From the NCBI GenBank assembly GCA_018302765.1, contig JAGVZG010000001.1, positions 4,482-68,481 on the forward strand: a stretch of 64,000 nucleotides of DNA, read 5' to 3'. This document shows, piece by piece, positions 37,526 through 47,118 of the stretch. Made by a program: the position numbers and the translations under genes. The stretch is from Candidatus Woesearchaeota archaeon. Its GTDB lineage: Archaea; Nanobdellota; Nanobdellia; SCGC-AAA011-G17; GW2011-AR18. The notes under the pieces were generated by a model. That model was not told the DNA's origin and ran no database searches. It saw only the letters and a list, made by a program, of their open reading frames with translations. Within the stretch, counting starts at the first letter, position 1. Every line of letters starts with the position of its first letter.

Positions 37526-40230
37526 TGTGGTCTTAAATCTCCGAAATATTTTAATTCTATTTTTGCTCCAACTTTAGCTAGGTCAGACGATTCAAGTTTT
37601 TTCCTTGTTGTATCTATTAATTTTGATAATCTCTCTGGTGTTGTTTGCCTATACACTAATTCTATATAATAACAATTACGTAATTCTCCTGTTTTTATTT
37701 CTGCATTTCTTCCCTTTAGTGTTGAGGCCAATGCTAGTGAAAAATCTAATGCTGCATTACTCCTGAAGTTTTGATTGTTTGTTGGTATTACAAATCTTAA
37801 TCTATATCCATCTTTTTCTTGTACGTGATAAGAGAAACAGCCGAAAGTTGCATTTAATGGTATTCTTTTTCTAAATTCTGATGTTTCATCTAAAGCTTTG
37901 TTATGCATTATTTTTATATTATCTATTTCATTTAATAATGCTTCTTCTTCTTCTTTTATTCTATAATGTTCTTTTTTTGCATCATTGTAATGTCTTATCA
38001 ATTCTCTTGCTGCTCTTTCATCTTCATTTAAAGATTCATCTTTTCTATGCTTAAATGTTCTCTCTGCTAGTGTAGCCATTTTATATGCAAGATTATGCTC
38101 TTCTGCATATCCAGTTTGGTCGAATTCAACATTATAATATTTCAATTTTTCAGATAATTCATCTATAGTCAATTCTCTATTTCTTAATTTTGGATCAATC
38201 TCTATTAATCTACTTCCTAATTTTTCATATATTAGTTCTTTTAGATCTGTTTGTGCAATTACTAGATTTTCAGGTATTCCTTCTGGGAATAGTTTATTAT
38301 ATTCTTCAATTGCTGCATTTAGTTCTGGTGAATAGACTTTTCTAAATGCTTCAACTAAAATTTCTTCTGCTGTAAGATTTACAATTGAATTTTCTTTTAC
38401 TAACATTTCTAATTCTGACTTTTCTTTTTCTAATGCTGTTGCTATTTCTTTTAGTTCTTCAAGTCTAGCTTCTGTTTTTATAAGTTTTTGTTCTTCTACT
38501 TTAGCTGCTTCTCTTAGTTTTGCTTCAGCAGCACTTACTGTTTCTCTTCTTTTTTCTTCTATTGCTGCTAACAATCCTGATTTATAATTTGCTAAATCTT
38601 TATCATTATCTAATTTAGTTTCAAATGGTGATTTGTGGTTAACACTTATTGCAATTTCATGTAGAAGTGCTTCTATTGAAGTAGCGTATGTATTTGCATT
38701 TCTTGACTCTTTCTTTGCTTCAGTTATTCTTCTCTTATTTTCATCTAATGCTGCTAACAATCCTTGAGTGTATGTTGCAAGTTTTGTTTTACTTTTTGGC
38801 TCTATTTCAGTTTTGTATTCTACTGCTTCAGCTATATTTGCTAATAATACCAATACACTATCTATGTAAATGTTTGTTCTTTCTAATTCTTGTTTTTTCC
38901 CTTCAAGTTCTTCTTCTATTCTTCTGAATCCTGCAACTTTATTTTTAGACTTTTCAAATTCTGTTGTTCCTTCAGCTCCGAATGTTTTTTCATACTCTTG
39001 TAATCTTCTTGTAAAGTCACCTTTATCTTGTTCTTTTTTGCTATAAATTTCTTTATCATCTCTTACAAGTTCTAGGATATCTTTTAATGGAGTAATTTCA
39101 GCTTTTCTTTTTGGTAGATTTGTTCTTATTGCATCTGCTATAAGATCTGCATCTAATGTTGTATTTTGTACCCTAAATCCTATAACTTTCTTTGTAAGTC
39201 CTTTTGGGTCATTATTTGCTGTTATTTTACCTAAATATACCATATTGTTATTTGGTTCTTTTTTATTAACAAGTTTTTTTAATTCTCTTTCTAATACACC
39301 AATATCGCTTGGTTTTTTTCTTTCTATTATGATATCATAGTGCTTATAACCATCTATTTTATTGTACGTTCTTGAACCACTTGCAACTTTTTTAGCTTTG
39401 TCTTTTGGTTCATTAGTTACTTCTGTTTTTTTTATCTGTATTTTTTCCCCTTTTAATGCATCCAGAATTCTAATGCTATACCTTTCGAATTGTTCATCAT
39501 TTAACATATCATTTTCAGTTGGTGTTGGTTCACCAAGATCTTCTGCGACAGCTGTTAATAGACCTTCTAAGTTTCCTCTATATTTTATTGATCTTTCTTT
39601 TTCTTCTATTATATTTCTTGTTAGTTCTTCTACTGCTATTTTTAATTTTTTTTCACCTTTTATTGTTCTTCTTTTTGGAAAATCATGGCCTACCGAAGTT
39701 GCAATTGTTTCTACAGAATCATAAATTGCATCAATTATTTCATTTAATGAAGTTGTTGCGCTTCTACATCTTTCTCCTATATTTGTTTTTATTGCTATGC
39801 CAAGTTCTTCAGTATAGCCAATTAAACCAGGTCTTTTTTCTAATTCTTTTGGCGTTGGAGTTCTATAATCTACAATACGTGCAAGAGTCTTGAATCCTTC
39901 TGCAAGTGCATTTAGATCTATATCTTTTGTTTCTTTAACTTCTGCTAATTCTGGCTTATCAACACACGTTATTGAAAATTCCCCAGTATCAAATCTTTTA
40001 GTTATTATTCTTCTTAGTGTGGCTTCATTTAAATCTCTACCTTCTATTTTTACACCAAATTTACGCTCTCTAGAATCTCTTAAATATTCTATATTAACTT
40101 TATCAATGTTTTTTCCAAACGAACAATCTATTAAATTTTTTAGTATACCTGCTGTTCTTGAATTGCCGCTTGTAACTCTAATTTCATAAATTCTTGCAGT
40201 TCTATTTTCTTGATTAGATGATGCTATCAT
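37522..40230 (-). CDS. large coiled-coil protein (no NTPase motifs), first gene of the operon
   Basis: 902 aa with long Glu/Lys-rich heptad regions in the middle (e.g. EELEGKKQELERTN, KLREAAKVEEQKLIKTEARLEELKE). No Walker A motif. A possible D-x6-EVK motif near the N-terminus. Confidence 0.5.
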   Translation of the reverse strand: MIASSNQENRTARIYEIRVTSGNSRTAGILKNLIDCSFGKNIDKVNIEYLRDSRERKFGVKIEGRDLNEATLRRIITKRFDTGEFSITCVDKPELAEVKETKDIDLNALAEGFKTLARIVDYRTPTPKELEKRPGLIGYTEELGIAIKTNIGERCRSATTSLNEIIDAIYDSVETIATSVGHDFPKRRTIKGEKKLKIAVEELTRNIIEEKERSIKYRGNLEGLLTAVAEDLGEPTPTENDMLNDEQFERYSIRILDALKGEKIQIKKTEVTNEPKDKAKKVASGSRTYNKIDGYKHYDIIIERKKPSDIGVLERELKKLVNKKEPNNNMVYLGKITANNDPKGLTKKVIGFRVQNTTLDADLIADAIRTNLPKRKAEITPLKDILELVRDDKEIYSKKEQDKGDFTRRLQEYEKTFGAEGTTEFEKSKNKVAGFRRIEEELEGKKQELERTNIYIDSVLVLLANIAEAVEYKTEIEPKSKTKLATYTQGLLAALDENKRRITEAKKESRNANTYATSIEALLHEIAISVNHKSPFETKLDNDKDLANYKSGLLAAIEEKRRETVSAAEAKLREAAKVEEQKLIKTEARLEELKEIATALEKEKSELEMLVKENSIVNLTAEEILVEAFRKVYSPELNAAIEEYNKLFPEGIPENLVIAQTDLKELIYEKLGSRLIEIDPKLRNRELTIDELSEKLKYYNVEFDQTGYAEEHNLAYKMATLAERTFKHRKDESLNEDERAARELIRHYNDAKKEHYRIKEEEEALLNEIDNIKIMHNKALDETSEFRKRIPLNATFGCFSYHVQEKDGYRLRFVIPTNNQNFRSNAALDFSLALASTLKGRNAEIKTGELRNCYYIELVYRQTTPERLSKLIDTTRKKLESSDLAKVGAKIELKYFGDLRPQ

Positions 40231-40390
40231 TTTATTTACTTTTTAGTGGTTAATATTCAGCTAATGCAGTAGAATTTAACTTATAAAACTTTCCATCTGT
40301 TAGTAGTAACTTTTCTTTTTATTATTACTATTATTATAATTTAGAAAATACTTTGTTAAAGGCAGTTTTGTTTAGAAAGTTATATAAACA

Positions 40391-40879
40391 ATGGTCTTTA
40401 AGAAACGTTTAATGCAAAAAACAAGGTTTGCCAAAGCAACAATACAATATAACACTGCTCCAGTTTGGAAGAGGTTCTTGGCTTATTTACTAGATCTGAT
40501 TTTGGTTAACTTAATAGTCAGCTTGCCTTTTAGAAATTATTTTAAGGATTTTAGCATTAGTAGTTTAGTATTAAAAAGTACAGATACTGGTTTATTTTTG
40601 GTCAGTATTTTTGTAACTGTAGCTTTGATTTTGTATTTTTCAATTTTGGAGCTTAAAACAGGACAGACTTTAGGCAAAATGATTTTTAGTATTCGTGCAG
40701 TTTCTTTGCTAGGAAAGAGTATGAATTTTTCTCAGGCATTTTTAAGAAATTTAACAAAGCCTTTTCCGATAGTTTTATTAGTTGATGTTGCATATATGTT
40801 TTTTAGGGGCGGAAATCAAAGGCTATTTGAAGTTTTTAGCAGAACTGCTGTAGTTGAAAAGGAGATGAAATTTAAATGA
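40391..40879 (+). CDS. RDD-family membrane protein
   Basis: WKRFLAYLLDLILV...LGKMIFSIRAV, with the RDD-type arrangement of three TM helices. Confidence 0.65.
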   Translation: MVFKKRLMQKTRFAKATIQYNTAPVWKRFLAYLLDLILVNLIVSLPFRNYFKDFSISSLVLKSTDTGLFLVSIFVTVALILYFSILELKTGQTLGKMIFSIRAVSLLGKSMNFSQAFLRNLTKPFPIVLLVDVAYMFFRGGNQRLFEVFSRTAVVEKEMKFK

Positions 40880-41772
40880 ATAAGTGGCTATTTGCTTTTT
40901 TAGTTTTAGTTGCTTTATATTTAGCTGGTAGTTTAATTTCTTTATTTTTATTTAGAAATGATGGTGTTGTTTTAGGAGATAAGATTGTTGTTGTTCCTTT
41001 GGATGGAGAGATAACTGTTTCTGGAAACCAGGATTTTTTTCAGGTTGGAGGAGTGTCTTCTACTGAACTAATTAAAACTATAAAAGAATTAGATGAAGAT
41101 AGTTCTGTCAAGGGTGTGATATTTGAGATTAATAGTCCTGGAGGCGGAGTTGTAGCTAGCCAGGAAATAGCAAGTGCAGTTAAAAGTATGAACAAAACTA
41201 AATATTCCGTTATAAGAGAATTTGGAGCTTCTGGGGCTTACTGGATTGCAAGTGCTACAGACAAGATAATTGTTAGTCCTTTAAGCATAACAGGAAGCAT
41301 TGGTGTTTACGGAAGCTATCTGGAATTTAGTGAGTTGTTTGATAAATATGGAGTTGGTTATCAAAGACTAGTAAGCGGGAAATACAAAGATTTAGGAGTT
41401 CCTTATAGAAATTTAACTGATGAGGAGAGAAAATTATTCCAAGGCAAGTTAGATATTATTCATGAATATTTTATAATGGACGTTGCTAAAAACAGGCATA
41501 TGAATTTTGATAATGTTAAAGATGTAGCAACTGGAGAATTTTTCTTAGGAGTTGAAGCTAAAAAAATTGGCTTGGTTGATGAACTTGGAGACAAAGATAC
41601 TGCTGTTGAACTTATGAAAAAACAGCTTAATTTGACAGATGTTGGCATTGTTGAAAGTAGAAAGAAAGTAACTTTGTTAGATAGATTTTTTGGAGATGTT
41701 GCATATCAATTAGGAAGGGGTTTTGGAAAGAGTATAGTTGAATTTAATACTAGGCTTAGAATCAATGCTTAA
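40876..41772 (+). CDS. sppA: signal peptide peptidase SppA (S49)
   Basis: N-terminal TM anchor and the EINSPGGGVVASQEI motif. Confidence 0.8.
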   Translation: MNKWLFAFLVLVALYLAGSLISLFLFRNDGVVLGDKIVVVPLDGEITVSGNQDFFQVGGVSSTELIKTIKELDEDSSVKGVIFEINSPGGGVVASQEIASAVKSMNKTKYSVIREFGASGAYWIASATDKIIVSPLSITGSIGVYGSYLEFSELFDKYGVGYQRLVSGKYKDLGVPYRNLTDEERKLFQGKLDIIHEYFIMDVAKNRHMNFDNVKDVATGEFFLGVEAKKIGLVDELGDKDTAVELMKKQLNLTDVGIVESRKKVTLLDRFFGDVAYQLGRGFGKSIVEFNTRLRINA

Positions 41773-42236
41773 ATTTTTAGTTCTCTTACTGCTATATTTA
41801 TTAGATTATCTCTTGAGTTTTTTTCACTTAGCAGATAGTGGTTAGTCCCTGCTTTTAGATAGCTTTCTTTTTCATTTTCATAGTTGCTGGTAACTATAAC
41901 AGGAGTTTTTTTATTTGCTGAATCTTCACCTCTTATTATCTCTATTAGCCTTAGTGATGATCTTATGTGATCTTCTGGCTTTGTTTTACCTTGTTTTTTT
42001 ACCTTGCTAATTATTTTCATTATTTTTTGGTCACTGCAGTTTTCTCCTAAGTTTGCGTAAGTATCAATTACTATTAAGTCTAAAACACTTTCTTCTACTT
42101 CTGTTATAGCGTTACATATAGATAATATTGGCCTAACTCCAAAGTCTATTTCTCTTCTTGAGCCGTATAAATTCCTAGCAAAATCTCTTGCTGATAATGG
42201 ATCTTTGTTTATCCAGGCAATAACTTTATACGTCAT
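41769..42236 (-). CDS. CheY-like receiver-domain protein (possibly degenerate acidic pocket)
   Basis: LDLIVIDTYA (phospho-Asp position), PVIVTSNY and LLSEK patterns. The N-terminal DD pair is replaced by NKD. Confidence 0.4.
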   Translation of the reverse strand: MTYKVIAWINKDPLSARDFARNLYGSRREIDFGVRPILSICNAITEVEESVLDLIVIDTYANLGENCSDQKIMKIISKVKKQGKTKPEDHIRSSLRLIEIIRGEDSANKKTPVIVTSNYENEKESYLKAGTNHYLLSEKNSRDNLINIAVRELKI

Positions 42237-42319
42237 AAGATTTGTCTTGGAGAAAAACTTAAATTCGTTTTGATTACTGGTTTGTTTTTAAAGCAAAGCT
42301 TTAAATTGTTTCTTTGGTT

Positions 42320-42594
42320 TATTTATTTGCAGGCAGGCTGGAGAGCTCGTCCTACTCTGTAAGCACAAACGGACGTCATGGTGTAGCTGATGCTTGGTGG
42401 GCGGTGTTGCTATTGTGGTAGGTCTTAGTAACTACAATGATAATCTGTCTTGATTGGTTGAAGCAGTTATGAAATGTGTCAGGTCAGGAATGAAGCAGCA
42501 CTAAATGATTGCTCCAATGCTTTCAGGGTAGCGGATTTGAGGAATGGCTAGGGTAAACCTAACATGATAGGAATATCAACCTCTGGGCGCCTGC
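42320..42594 (+). ncRNA. ffs: signal recognition particle RNA (7S/SRP RNA)
   Basis: GC-rich island containing GUCAGGUCAGGAAUGAAGCAGC (the conserved domain IV motif GUCAGGUCCGGAAGGAAGCAGC). 5' GCAGGC pairs with 3' GCCUGC. Followed by a T-tract. Confidence 0.75.
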
Positions 42595-42600
42595 GTTTTT
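42595..42600 (+). terminator. oligo-T tract after SRP RNA
   Basis: gttttt immediately after the closing helix. Confidence 0.3.
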
Positions 42601-42603
42601 ACT

Positions 42604-43350
42604 ATGAAAGAAATTATTAAAAAAATAAAATCTAAAAAAACATTGGATAGATTAGATGATACATTTGTTGAAAGTTTTCTAAATATTTTTTTGAAGAAAA
42701 ATTCAAAATTAAATAAAAAATATTTAGATGGAGAATTAAAGAAAAAAGACATAAGGATTATAGTTAAGTCAGTCAGGAATAATTTGAACAGATTTTATGG
42801 ACAGTTTTGGACTAGTGACAAATTAAAATTGGAATCACATAGGTCTACTAAGGAAAGACTAGGAATCTATGATAAATTATATAGTTTTATTTTTTCTATT
42901 ACTTGTAGGCCTAAAACAATTCTGGACTTGGCTTGTGGTTTAAATCCATTGACTTACAAGAACATAGGCAATGATATTTATTTTATAGCTGTGGAACTTA
43001 CAGAATATGACTGCGGTAAAATTAAAGAGTATTTTGAAAGGGAAAACATTAAAGGAGAGGTTATAAGAGCAGATCTTAGAACTTATAATACGTTCCCGAG
43101 TGCAGATCTGTGCTTTATGTTTAAAATTTTGGATAGCTTAGGAGGCAATAACAATTTAATTGCTGAGAACTTGATCAGAAGCGTAAAAGCAAAATATATT
43201 GTTGCTAGTTTTTCAACTAAAAATGTTAAAGGAAAAAAGATGAATTATCCCAAGAGAGGATGGTTTGAGATAATGCTTAGAAGGATAGGATATAGGTTTG
43301 TTAAGTTTGACACAAACAATGAGGTCTTTTACATTATTAAAAAATTATAG
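42604..43350 (+). CDS. FmrO-family (ArmA/Rmt-like) rRNA methyltransferase homolog
   Basis: RFYGQFWTS..HRSTKERLGIYDKLYSFIF..ILDLACGLNPL..LCFMFKILDSL..IVASFSTKNVKGKK parallels recalled ArmA segments (IWGSYYS..HSSTNERVATLNDFYTYVF..ILDFGCGFNPL..VVFLLKMLP..FVISFPIKSLSGKE). Recalled from memory, not searched. Confidence 0.4.
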   Translation: MKEIIKKIKSKKTLDRLDDTFVESFLNIFLKKNSKLNKKYLDGELKKKDIRIIVKSVRNNLNRFYGQFWTSDKLKLESHRSTKERLGIYDKLYSFIFSITCRPKTILDLACGLNPLTYKNIGNDIYFIAVELTEYDCGKIKEYFERENIKGEVIRADLRTYNTFPSADLCFMFKILDSLGGNNNLIAENLIRSVKAKYIVASFSTKNVKGKKMNYPKRGWFEIMLRRIGYRFVKFDTNNEVFYIIKKL

Positions 43351-43827
43351 TTATTTTGTGATGTTTCTTACGTCTATAATTTCTGTTGATATTTTACCTA
43401 AGTTTCTAACTATCAGATCATACATTTTTTCTATTGTAATTTCCAGTATTACTTCTTTGAGAGGACCATTGCAGTAATCATTAAGATTTTCTATATCTTT
43501 TACTGGCTTATTTCTTAGTATTTCAACAGGAATGGAGCATTTCATGCTTCTTCCGTTTAGTGCATCTCTCAAGTCTTTTGGCTGGTTATTTGATAGATTT
43601 AGAAGAGTAGCTTCTATTATGCAGTTTTCTTTTTTCTTGCCAAGTATCTCATAGTTATATTTATTGTCATTACTAAATGTTACCACTTTCGCTATCGAGC
43701 ATTTTGCTGCTGCCTTATTAAAGCATATATCATCAGAATTACAGTTTTTTGGTCTTGTGATTAATATTAATGAGGCTATAGCAACTATAACTATTAAAAG
43801 TGCCATCACCTTTTTTTTACTTTTCAT
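43351..43827 (-). CDS. secreted Cys-containing hypothetical protein
   Basis: N-terminal TM/signal helix and several Cys. Confidence 0.4.
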   Translation of the reverse strand: MKSKKKVMALLIVIVAIASLILITRPKNCNSDDICFNKAAAKCSIAKVVTFSNDNKYNYEILGKKKENCIIEATLLNLSNNQPKDLRDALNGRSMKCSIPVEILRNKPVKDIENLNDYCNGPLKEVILEITIEKMYDLIVRNLGKISTEIIDVRNITK

Positions 43828-43865
43828 TATACTTCTTTAAAAAATTTGAAACTTAAAAGCTTTTC

Positions 43866-45110
43866 TTAGAGATCTCTTTGCGTTAGTATTGTTACTTTTG
43901 TTTCATTTGGCCTTATTTTTGAGCTTGTAGCAACTACAAAATTTAAGTTATTTGCTTCTGCTGATTTTGCTATTTCTTTTGTTATGCTACCATCAAAAAC
44001 TACTGCGAATGCATTTTTTACATTTTTAAGCGTTGTCTCTAGTTCTGTTATAGGCACTTTTCCCAAGATATTATAGTCTTTGTCTAATACATATGCGCCT
44101 CTTGTTCCAACTAAGTCATCCAGCATTTCCTTAAAGTTGTCCTTGCTTTTCTTTTCTACTGGCTGTTGCTGTTGTTGTGGTCTTGGTGGATATTGTTCTT
44201 TGTTTTCTCTTGCTTCTCTTATATTATTGTTTACTCTTCTGAAGTTTTCTGCTTGTATTTGTTGCGGTCTTTTTGCTCCGCTTATTTCAAACTTAAATTG
44301 TTCAGCTGCAATTCTGGCTCTTAAAGCTATATGCATTTCCTTTTTTGTCAGTTCTTCCACTTCTTTTCCTGGAGGAGCTTTTGTTATGTAATCTATTTCT
44401 GTAGATTCTAATAATTCTTTTAGTATTATGTCACCGCCTCTATCTCCATCTACAAATGCAGTAACTGTTTTTTGTCTGCACAGTTCTTTTATTGATTCAG
44501 GAATACTGGTTCCGTTTATTGCAATTGTATTCTTAAAGCCGTTCTTTAATAAGTTAAGAACATCTGCACGTCCTTCTACAACTATTATTTCTTCTGATTC
44601 ATCTATTGCAGGTCCTGCTGGAAGCCTTTCTCTTCCCCATTCAACAATCTCAAGCATTCTAACAGCTTGTGAAACTTCCTCAGTTATTTCCTGTGAATCT
44701 GGAAGAACGTTTTCCTGCAAATTCATTAAGAGTTCTTTAGCTCTGGCTATTACAAATTCCCTTTTTGAAACTCTTACATCTTCTATTTTTTCTACTTTTA
44801 CTTTTGAGTTGCATGGGCCAATTCTTTCTATTGTTTCTAGTGCAGCAGCTATTATTGCTGTTTCAGCTTTGTCTAAGCTGCATGGAATAATTATCTGGCC
44901 TGAACTTTTTCCATTAATAGTGTCTAACTTTACTTCTATCCTGCCTACTTTTCCTGACCTTTGAAGTTCTCTAAGCTCTAGATCTTGGCCTAGGAATCCT
45001 TCTGTTTGTCCAAATATTGCGCCAATTACGTCTGGCCTATCAACTAAGCCTTCAATAGTTATGTCATTATATATAATATATTTTGTAGATACTGGGCTTA
45101 CTTTTCCCAT
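43866..45110 (-). CDS. dnaG: archaeal DnaG-type primase (Toprim)
   Basis: N-terminus KYIIYNDITIEGLVDRPDVIGAIFGQTEGFLG and the Toprim motif AFVDGDRGGD. Contains a poly-Gln stretch. Confidence 0.85.
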   Translation of the reverse strand: MGKVSPVSTKYIIYNDITIEGLVDRPDVIGAIFGQTEGFLGQDLELRELQRSGKVGRIEVKLDTINGKSSGQIIIPCSLDKAETAIIAAALETIERIGPCNSKVKVEKIEDVRVSKREFVIARAKELLMNLQENVLPDSQEITEEVSQAVRMLEIVEWGRERLPAGPAIDESEEIIVVEGRADVLNLLKNGFKNTIAINGTSIPESIKELCRQKTVTAFVDGDRGGDIILKELLESTEIDYITKAPPGKEVEELTKKEMHIALRARIAAEQFKFEISGAKRPQQIQAENFRRVNNNIREARENKEQYPPRPQQQQQPVEKKSKDNFKEMLDDLVGTRGAYVLDKDYNILGKVPITELETTLKNVKNAFAVVFDGSITKEIAKSAEANNLNFVVATSSKIRPNETKVTILTQRDL

Positions 45111-45245
45111 TTTATTTTCCTCCGAAACTTAAATCTATAGAACAAAGTATTATTTTGTTGATGTATTTTTGTCTCTTTTTTGGTCTAAATTAAACAAACC
45201 ACATGAATGATTATGAATTTTTTAATAGTCTACCTTTGTCCTATG

Positions 45246-45283
45246 ATTATTAGTTATTATGAAGATTATTAGTTATTATGAAT
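45246..45283. repeat. perfect-but-one 19-nt tandem direct repeat (2 copies)
   Basis: attattagttattatgaag / attattagttattatgaat. Flanked by further ATGATTATGA-like copies at ~45203 and ~45367. Confidence 0.6.
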
Positions 45284-45290
45284 TTATGTT

Positions 45291-45365
45291 GCCTGACATT
45301 AACTCCCAAGCATCATTGCCTGATAGTTTTATCGTCGCTCACTTGAGCCTTTTCTCATGTCAGGC
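45291..45365. other. 9-bp inverted repeat (gcctgacat / atgtcaggc) enclosing a 57-nt GC-richer loop
   Basis: Lies ~40 nt downstream of the stop of the 45406..45807 gene. Possible terminator or small structured RNA. Confidence 0.3.
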
Positions 45366-45405
45366 TATGATTATGAGAATGTTAAATTCTTTATATAATT
45401 TTTGG

Positions 45406-45807
45406 TTATTCTCTTGGGGTGTAAACGTCGTTAGAACTAGTGACTATTACAGGCCTGAAGCCTTTGTCTTCAAGTTCTTTTCTTCTTAATTCTTTTTCTA
45501 TTGCTAATTTTTGTTCTGAAGATCTCACTAATTCTTCTAAGTATTCAATTCCTACACCTAATGGTTGTATTGCTATAATTGTATGCGTTTCAATTATTGC
45601 TGGTTTTTCATGCACTATAACAAGTCTATCACCTAAAGCATTTCCGATATTTACTGCGTGAGGACACAGATGTGTTTTGTCATTGTCTGTATATACTAGT
45701 TTACCAACCATAGTTGTTGGTGGCAGAAAAACTCTTACATATTCATTTATTAACGAACTATAATCTTTATTATTAGCTTCTTTTCTTTCATCTAAAAATC
45801 CCACCAT
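45406..45807 (-). CDS. hypothetical protein
   Basis: 133-aa ORF. Confidence 0.35.
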   Translation of the reverse strand: MVGFLDERKEANNKDYSSLINEYVRVFLPPTTMVGKLVYTDNDKTHLCPHAVNIGNALGDRLVIVHEKPAIIETHTIIAIQPLGVGIEYLEELVRSSEQKLAIEKELRRKELEDKGFRPVIVTSSNDVYTPRE

Positions 45808-45931
45808 AGAATATTATGATTTATAAGACTATATTAATATTACCATTTATTAGTAGTTATATTTTTTGTTAGTAATTTGTGTAGTTTTGCCTACTAGAAA
45901 ATTATTTAAATGAAGTACTTTTTCAGGTTTT

Positions 45932-46189
45932 ATGGAAGGAAAAATAGTTAGTTTTAGAAGAAGCATTAAAAGGCAGCAAAAATATCAGATGATTGTTAAA
46001 GTTAATGGTGTTGAAAATAAAGATAAAGCTATATCTTTATTAAATAAGAAAGTTACTTGGAAAAGCCCAGCTGGTAAAGAAATTCATGGTGTTGTGACAA
46101 ATACGCATGGCAATTCTGGAGCTTTAAGAGTGCAGTTTGAGAAGGGACTGCCAGGACAGAGTGTTGGAAAAATTGTTAGTTTTTCTTAA
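45932..46189 (+). CDS. rpl35ae: ribosomal protein L35Ae
   Basis: HGNSGALRVQFEKGLP...GKIV signature. Confidence 0.85.
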   Translation: MEGKIVSFRRSIKRQQKYQMIVKVNGVENKDKAISLLNKKVTWKSPAGKEIHGVVTNTHGNSGALRVQFEKGLPGQSVGKIVSFS

Positions 46190-46406
46190 AATATCTACCA
46201 TACAATAGTAAGGTATTTATTTTATTTGTTTCTAATTTTTCTTTAAAAGGCTGATTGAACTTGTGCTTGACTGCTGTTCTTTAATAGAGAGCAGATCGAG
46301 GTTCGGCTATAAAAAATTTTGAAGCTACTAAAGTTCATATTGTTGGCGAATGGGCCAGATAAATTTTTTAGTTAATTTTATAAACAATTTATAATTCACT
46401 AATTTT

Positions 46407-46931
46407 ATGGCAGGACTAAGAAAAGGTTGTTGTTATAGAAGATTAGAAAGACCTTATACTAGGAAGAGCAAGTATAAATCAAAGAGTTATATAAAAGCAT
46501 TTCCTAATCATAAGATAAGTAGATTTGAAATGGGTGAGAGAAATAGGTCTTATGAGTACAAAGTAAAATTGGTTTCTAAAGGGACTTTACAAATAAGGCA
46601 GAATTCTATTGAGAGTGCCAGAATGATTGTTAATAGAGCATTGCAGGACAATTTAGGAACTAATTATTATCTTAAGATAAATGTTTATCCTCATCACGCT
46701 TTAAGAGAAAATAAGATGCTGGGTGGAGCTCATGCAGATAGGTTACAGACAGGCATGGCACATTCATTTGGTAAAGTTGTAAACACTGCAGCACAAATGA
46801 AGAAAGGTAAAGAACTTATGACTGCTTGGGTATTTAGAAGTGGATTGGATCAAGCTAAACAAGCTTTGAAGTCTGCAGCTCCTAGACTGTCTGGACAGTT
46901 TGGAATAGAAATTGAGCCTGTTTCTGTTTAA
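46407..46931 (+). CDS. rpl10e: ribosomal protein L10e (uL16)
   Basis: HHALRENKMLGGAHADRLQTGM...FGK signature. Confidence 0.9.
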   Translation: MAGLRKGCCYRRLERPYTRKSKYKSKSYIKAFPNHKISRFEMGERNRSYEYKVKLVSKGTLQIRQNSIESARMIVNRALQDNLGTNYYLKINVYPHHALRENKMLGGAHADRLQTGMAHSFGKVVNTAAQMKKGKELMTAWVFRSGLDQAKQALKSAAPRLSGQFGIEIEPVSV

Positions 46932-47118
46932 TGTTTTTAAAAGAAATAGTTTTAGATTTGCAGAAAAAATATTCTGGTTATATTAAAAATCATGAAAGCA
47001 TGTGGATAGTTAAATAAAATAAAAGATATAATAACTTGGAAAACTCTGAAATTTTAACAAGCTTTATAAATAATAAATTTTATTAAAATCTTTTCACGTT
47101 TTTCCGGAGGTAGTAAAG

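Noticed and set aside
38688-40189. Several plus-strand ORFs (79–124 aa) inside the 902-aa coiled-coil gene
   Set aside because: Leu/Phe-rich antisense read-throughs of the Glu/Lys-rich coding strand. Not supported.
45246-45283. Possible CRISPR array
   Set aside because: Only two adjacent 19-nt direct copies with no spacers. No cas genes in the window.
46230-46400. GC-richer stretch with a small hairpin upstream of rpl10e, considered as a possible ncRNA/leader
   Set aside because: Only an imperfect ~6-bp hairpin. No recognisable family motifs. Left as an ordinary 5' leader.
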